DNA of 63,425 nt, counting the filler, from Nemertoderma westbladi (taxonomy: Eukaryota; Animalia; Xenacoelomorpha): the NCBI GenBank assembly GCA_032718475.1. It is 4 parts of 4 records of this genome, joined end to end, with 100 filler letters (N's around TTAATTAATTAA, not from the genome) between each part and the next. Parts side by side here need not be neighbours in the genome. Positions count along the whole stretch, not along the records: positions 59,017 to 63,425 come from JAUCBJ010003047.1; 3 more parts are not named here. The stretch is one strand, 5' to 3'. The translations under genes were made by a program, and so were the position numbers. The notes beneath the pieces are model-generated. The model made no database searches, had not been told where the DNA came from, and saw nothing but the letters and a program-made list of their open reading frames with translations. Numbering within the stretch: the stretch's first letter is position 1; each line of letters begins with the position of its first letter. Below, one piece after another: positions 61,698 to 63,425 of this stretch.

Positions 61698-62074
61698 AAT
61701 TAAATATGCAAATTTTGCATATTTAATTTATAGACTAAGGAGACACTTGGTCTAGTGGTAACAACTTGTGTTTTCTTTGAAGACGGACGAAGCAGGACTG
61801 TTTGGCCATGGGACCTTTAAAGCTGTAGACTAGCTCTACCCAGGCTTTCATCCTTCACTGGTCGATAAATGGGAACCAATGTCATTTGCAATTAAATATG
61901 CAAATTTTGCATATTTAATTTATAGACTAAGGAGACACTTGGTCTAGTGGTAACAACTTGTGTTTTCTTTGAAGACGGACGAAGCAGGACTGTTTGGCCA
62001 TGGGACCTTTAAAGCTGTAGACTAGCTCTACCCAGGCTTTCATCCTTCACTGGTCGATAAATGGGAACCAATGT
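61698..62074 (+). mobile_element. Tandemly duplicated (192-bp period) SINE head lacking a B box, each copy preceded by an AT-rich palindrome
   Basis: A box TGGTCTAGTGG and core CTTTCATCCTTCACTGGTCGATAAATGGGAACC are homologous to the SINE at 23587-23852. Confidence 0.8.
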
Positions 62075-63425
62075 AACTTGGGAAACAGAGTAGAAGGGTC
62101 TATCGTGGAAGATAACCAACCCATTGTGGTGAACAGGCATTCCTTTAGGAAACAGAGAGGAAGGGTTTACTGCGGAAGATCACCAATGGTGGTGAACAGG
62201 CATTCCTTTGAGAAACAGAGTGGAAGGGTTTACAGTGGAAGATAACCAACCCATGGTGGTGAACAGGCATTCCTTTGGGAAACAGAGTGGAAGGGTTTAC
62301 AGTGGAAGATAACCAACCCATGGTGGTGAACAGGCATTCCTTTAGGAAACAGAGTGGAAGGGTTTACAGTGGAAGATAGCCCATGGTGGTGAACAGGCAT
62401 TCCTTTAGGAAACAGAGAGGAAGGGTTTACTGCGGAAGATCACCAATGGTGGTGAACAGGCATTCCTTTAAGAAACAGAGTGGAAGGGTTTACAGTGGAA
62501 GATAACCAACCCATGGTGGTGAACAGGCATTCCTTTGGGAAACAGAGTGGAAGGGTTTACAGTGGAAGATAACCAACCCATGGTGGTGAACAGGCATTCC
62601 TTTAGGAAACAGAGTGGAAGGGTTTACAGTGGAAGATAGCCCATGGTGGTGAACAGGCAATCCTTTAGGAAACAGAGTAGAAGGGTTTACTGTGGAAGAT
62701 AACCAACCCATGGTGGTGAACAGGCATTCGTTTGGGAAACAGAGTGGAAGGGTTTACAGTGGAAGATCACCTATGGTTGTGAACAGGCATTCCTTTGGGA
62801 AACAGAGTGGAAGGGTTTACATTGGAAGATAACCAACCCATGGTGGTGAACAGGCATTCCTTTGGGAAACAGAGTGGAAGGGTTTACAGTGGAAGATAGC
62901 CCATGGTGGTGAACAGGCATTCCTTTATGAAACAGAGTAGAAGGGTTTACTGTGGAAGATAACCAACCCATGGTGGTGAACAGGCATTCGTTTGGGAAAC
63001 AGAGTGGAAGGGTTTACAGTGGAAGATATCCAACCCATGGTGGTGAACATGCATTCCTTTGGGAAACAGAGTGGAAGGGTTTACAGTGGAAGACAACCAA
63101 CCCTTGGTGGTGAACAGGCATTCCTTTAGGAAACAGAGTAGAAGGGTTTACTGTGGAAGATAACCAACCCATGGTGGTGAACAGGCATTCGTTTGGGAAA
63201 CAGAGTGGAAGGGTTTACAGTGGAAGATCACCTATGGTGGTGAACAGGCATTCCTTTAGGAAACAGAGTGGAAGGGTTTACAGTGGAAGATAACCAACCC
63301 ATGGTGGTGAACATGCATTCCTTTGGGAAACAGAGTGGAAGGGTTTACAGTGAAAGATAACCAACCCATGGTGGTGAACATGCATTCCTTTGGGAAACAG
63401 AGTGGAAGGGTTTACAGTGGAAGAC
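62075..63425 (+). repeat. 63/67-bp satellite derived from the SINE body, at least 20 copies, continuing past the window end
   Basis: Monomer GAAACAGAGTGGAAGGGTTTACAGTGGAAGAT(AACCAA|CA|AG)CCCATGGTGGTGAACAGGCATTCCTTTGG matches the reverse complement of 23629-23693. Confidence 0.93.

Noticed and set aside
62075-63425. CRISPR-like or ribozyme-containing array
   Set aside because: There are no variable spacers and no CTGANGA/GAAA core on either strand. The array is explained as an amplified SINE segment.

Overview
This is repeat-rich, AT-rich animal (probably invertebrate) nuclear DNA, not prokaryotic. It consists of four contigs (1-27443, 27544-40962, 41063-58916, 59017-63425) joined by artificial 100-nt N-TTAATTAATTAA-N spacers. 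Host genes are few: one internal vigilin/HDLBP exon, an intronless EBP2 (EBNA1BP2) gene and a probable first exon of a sortilin/VPS10-type receptor. The rest is a nested mobilome. It includes a 12.7-kb 24-bp satellite with higher-order structure, a 25/39-bp minisatellite split by a young 5'-truncated RTE LINE, a tRNA-derived SINE, a Gypsy pol with a 3' LTR, a rearranged Penelope-like element, a Harbinger relic, and piggyBac-, hAT-, foldback- and Helentron-type non-autonomous elements. Most long ORFs in the supplied track are read-throughs of tandem repeats. The most interesting observations are: (1) a spliced tyrosine-recombinase (Crypton-like) gene whose C-terminal SANT/Myb-like exon can be rebuilt by removing a TTAA MITE; (2) two minimal hammerhead ribozyme motifs; (3) a satellite arising from an internal segment of a SINE whose intact parent is in the same window; (4) an orphan 591-aa triple zinc-knuckle ORF before a putative LTR; (5) CTCF-like motifs repeated at about 150-bp spacing inside a mobile element. 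All family assignments come from motif recognition only; no searches were run.
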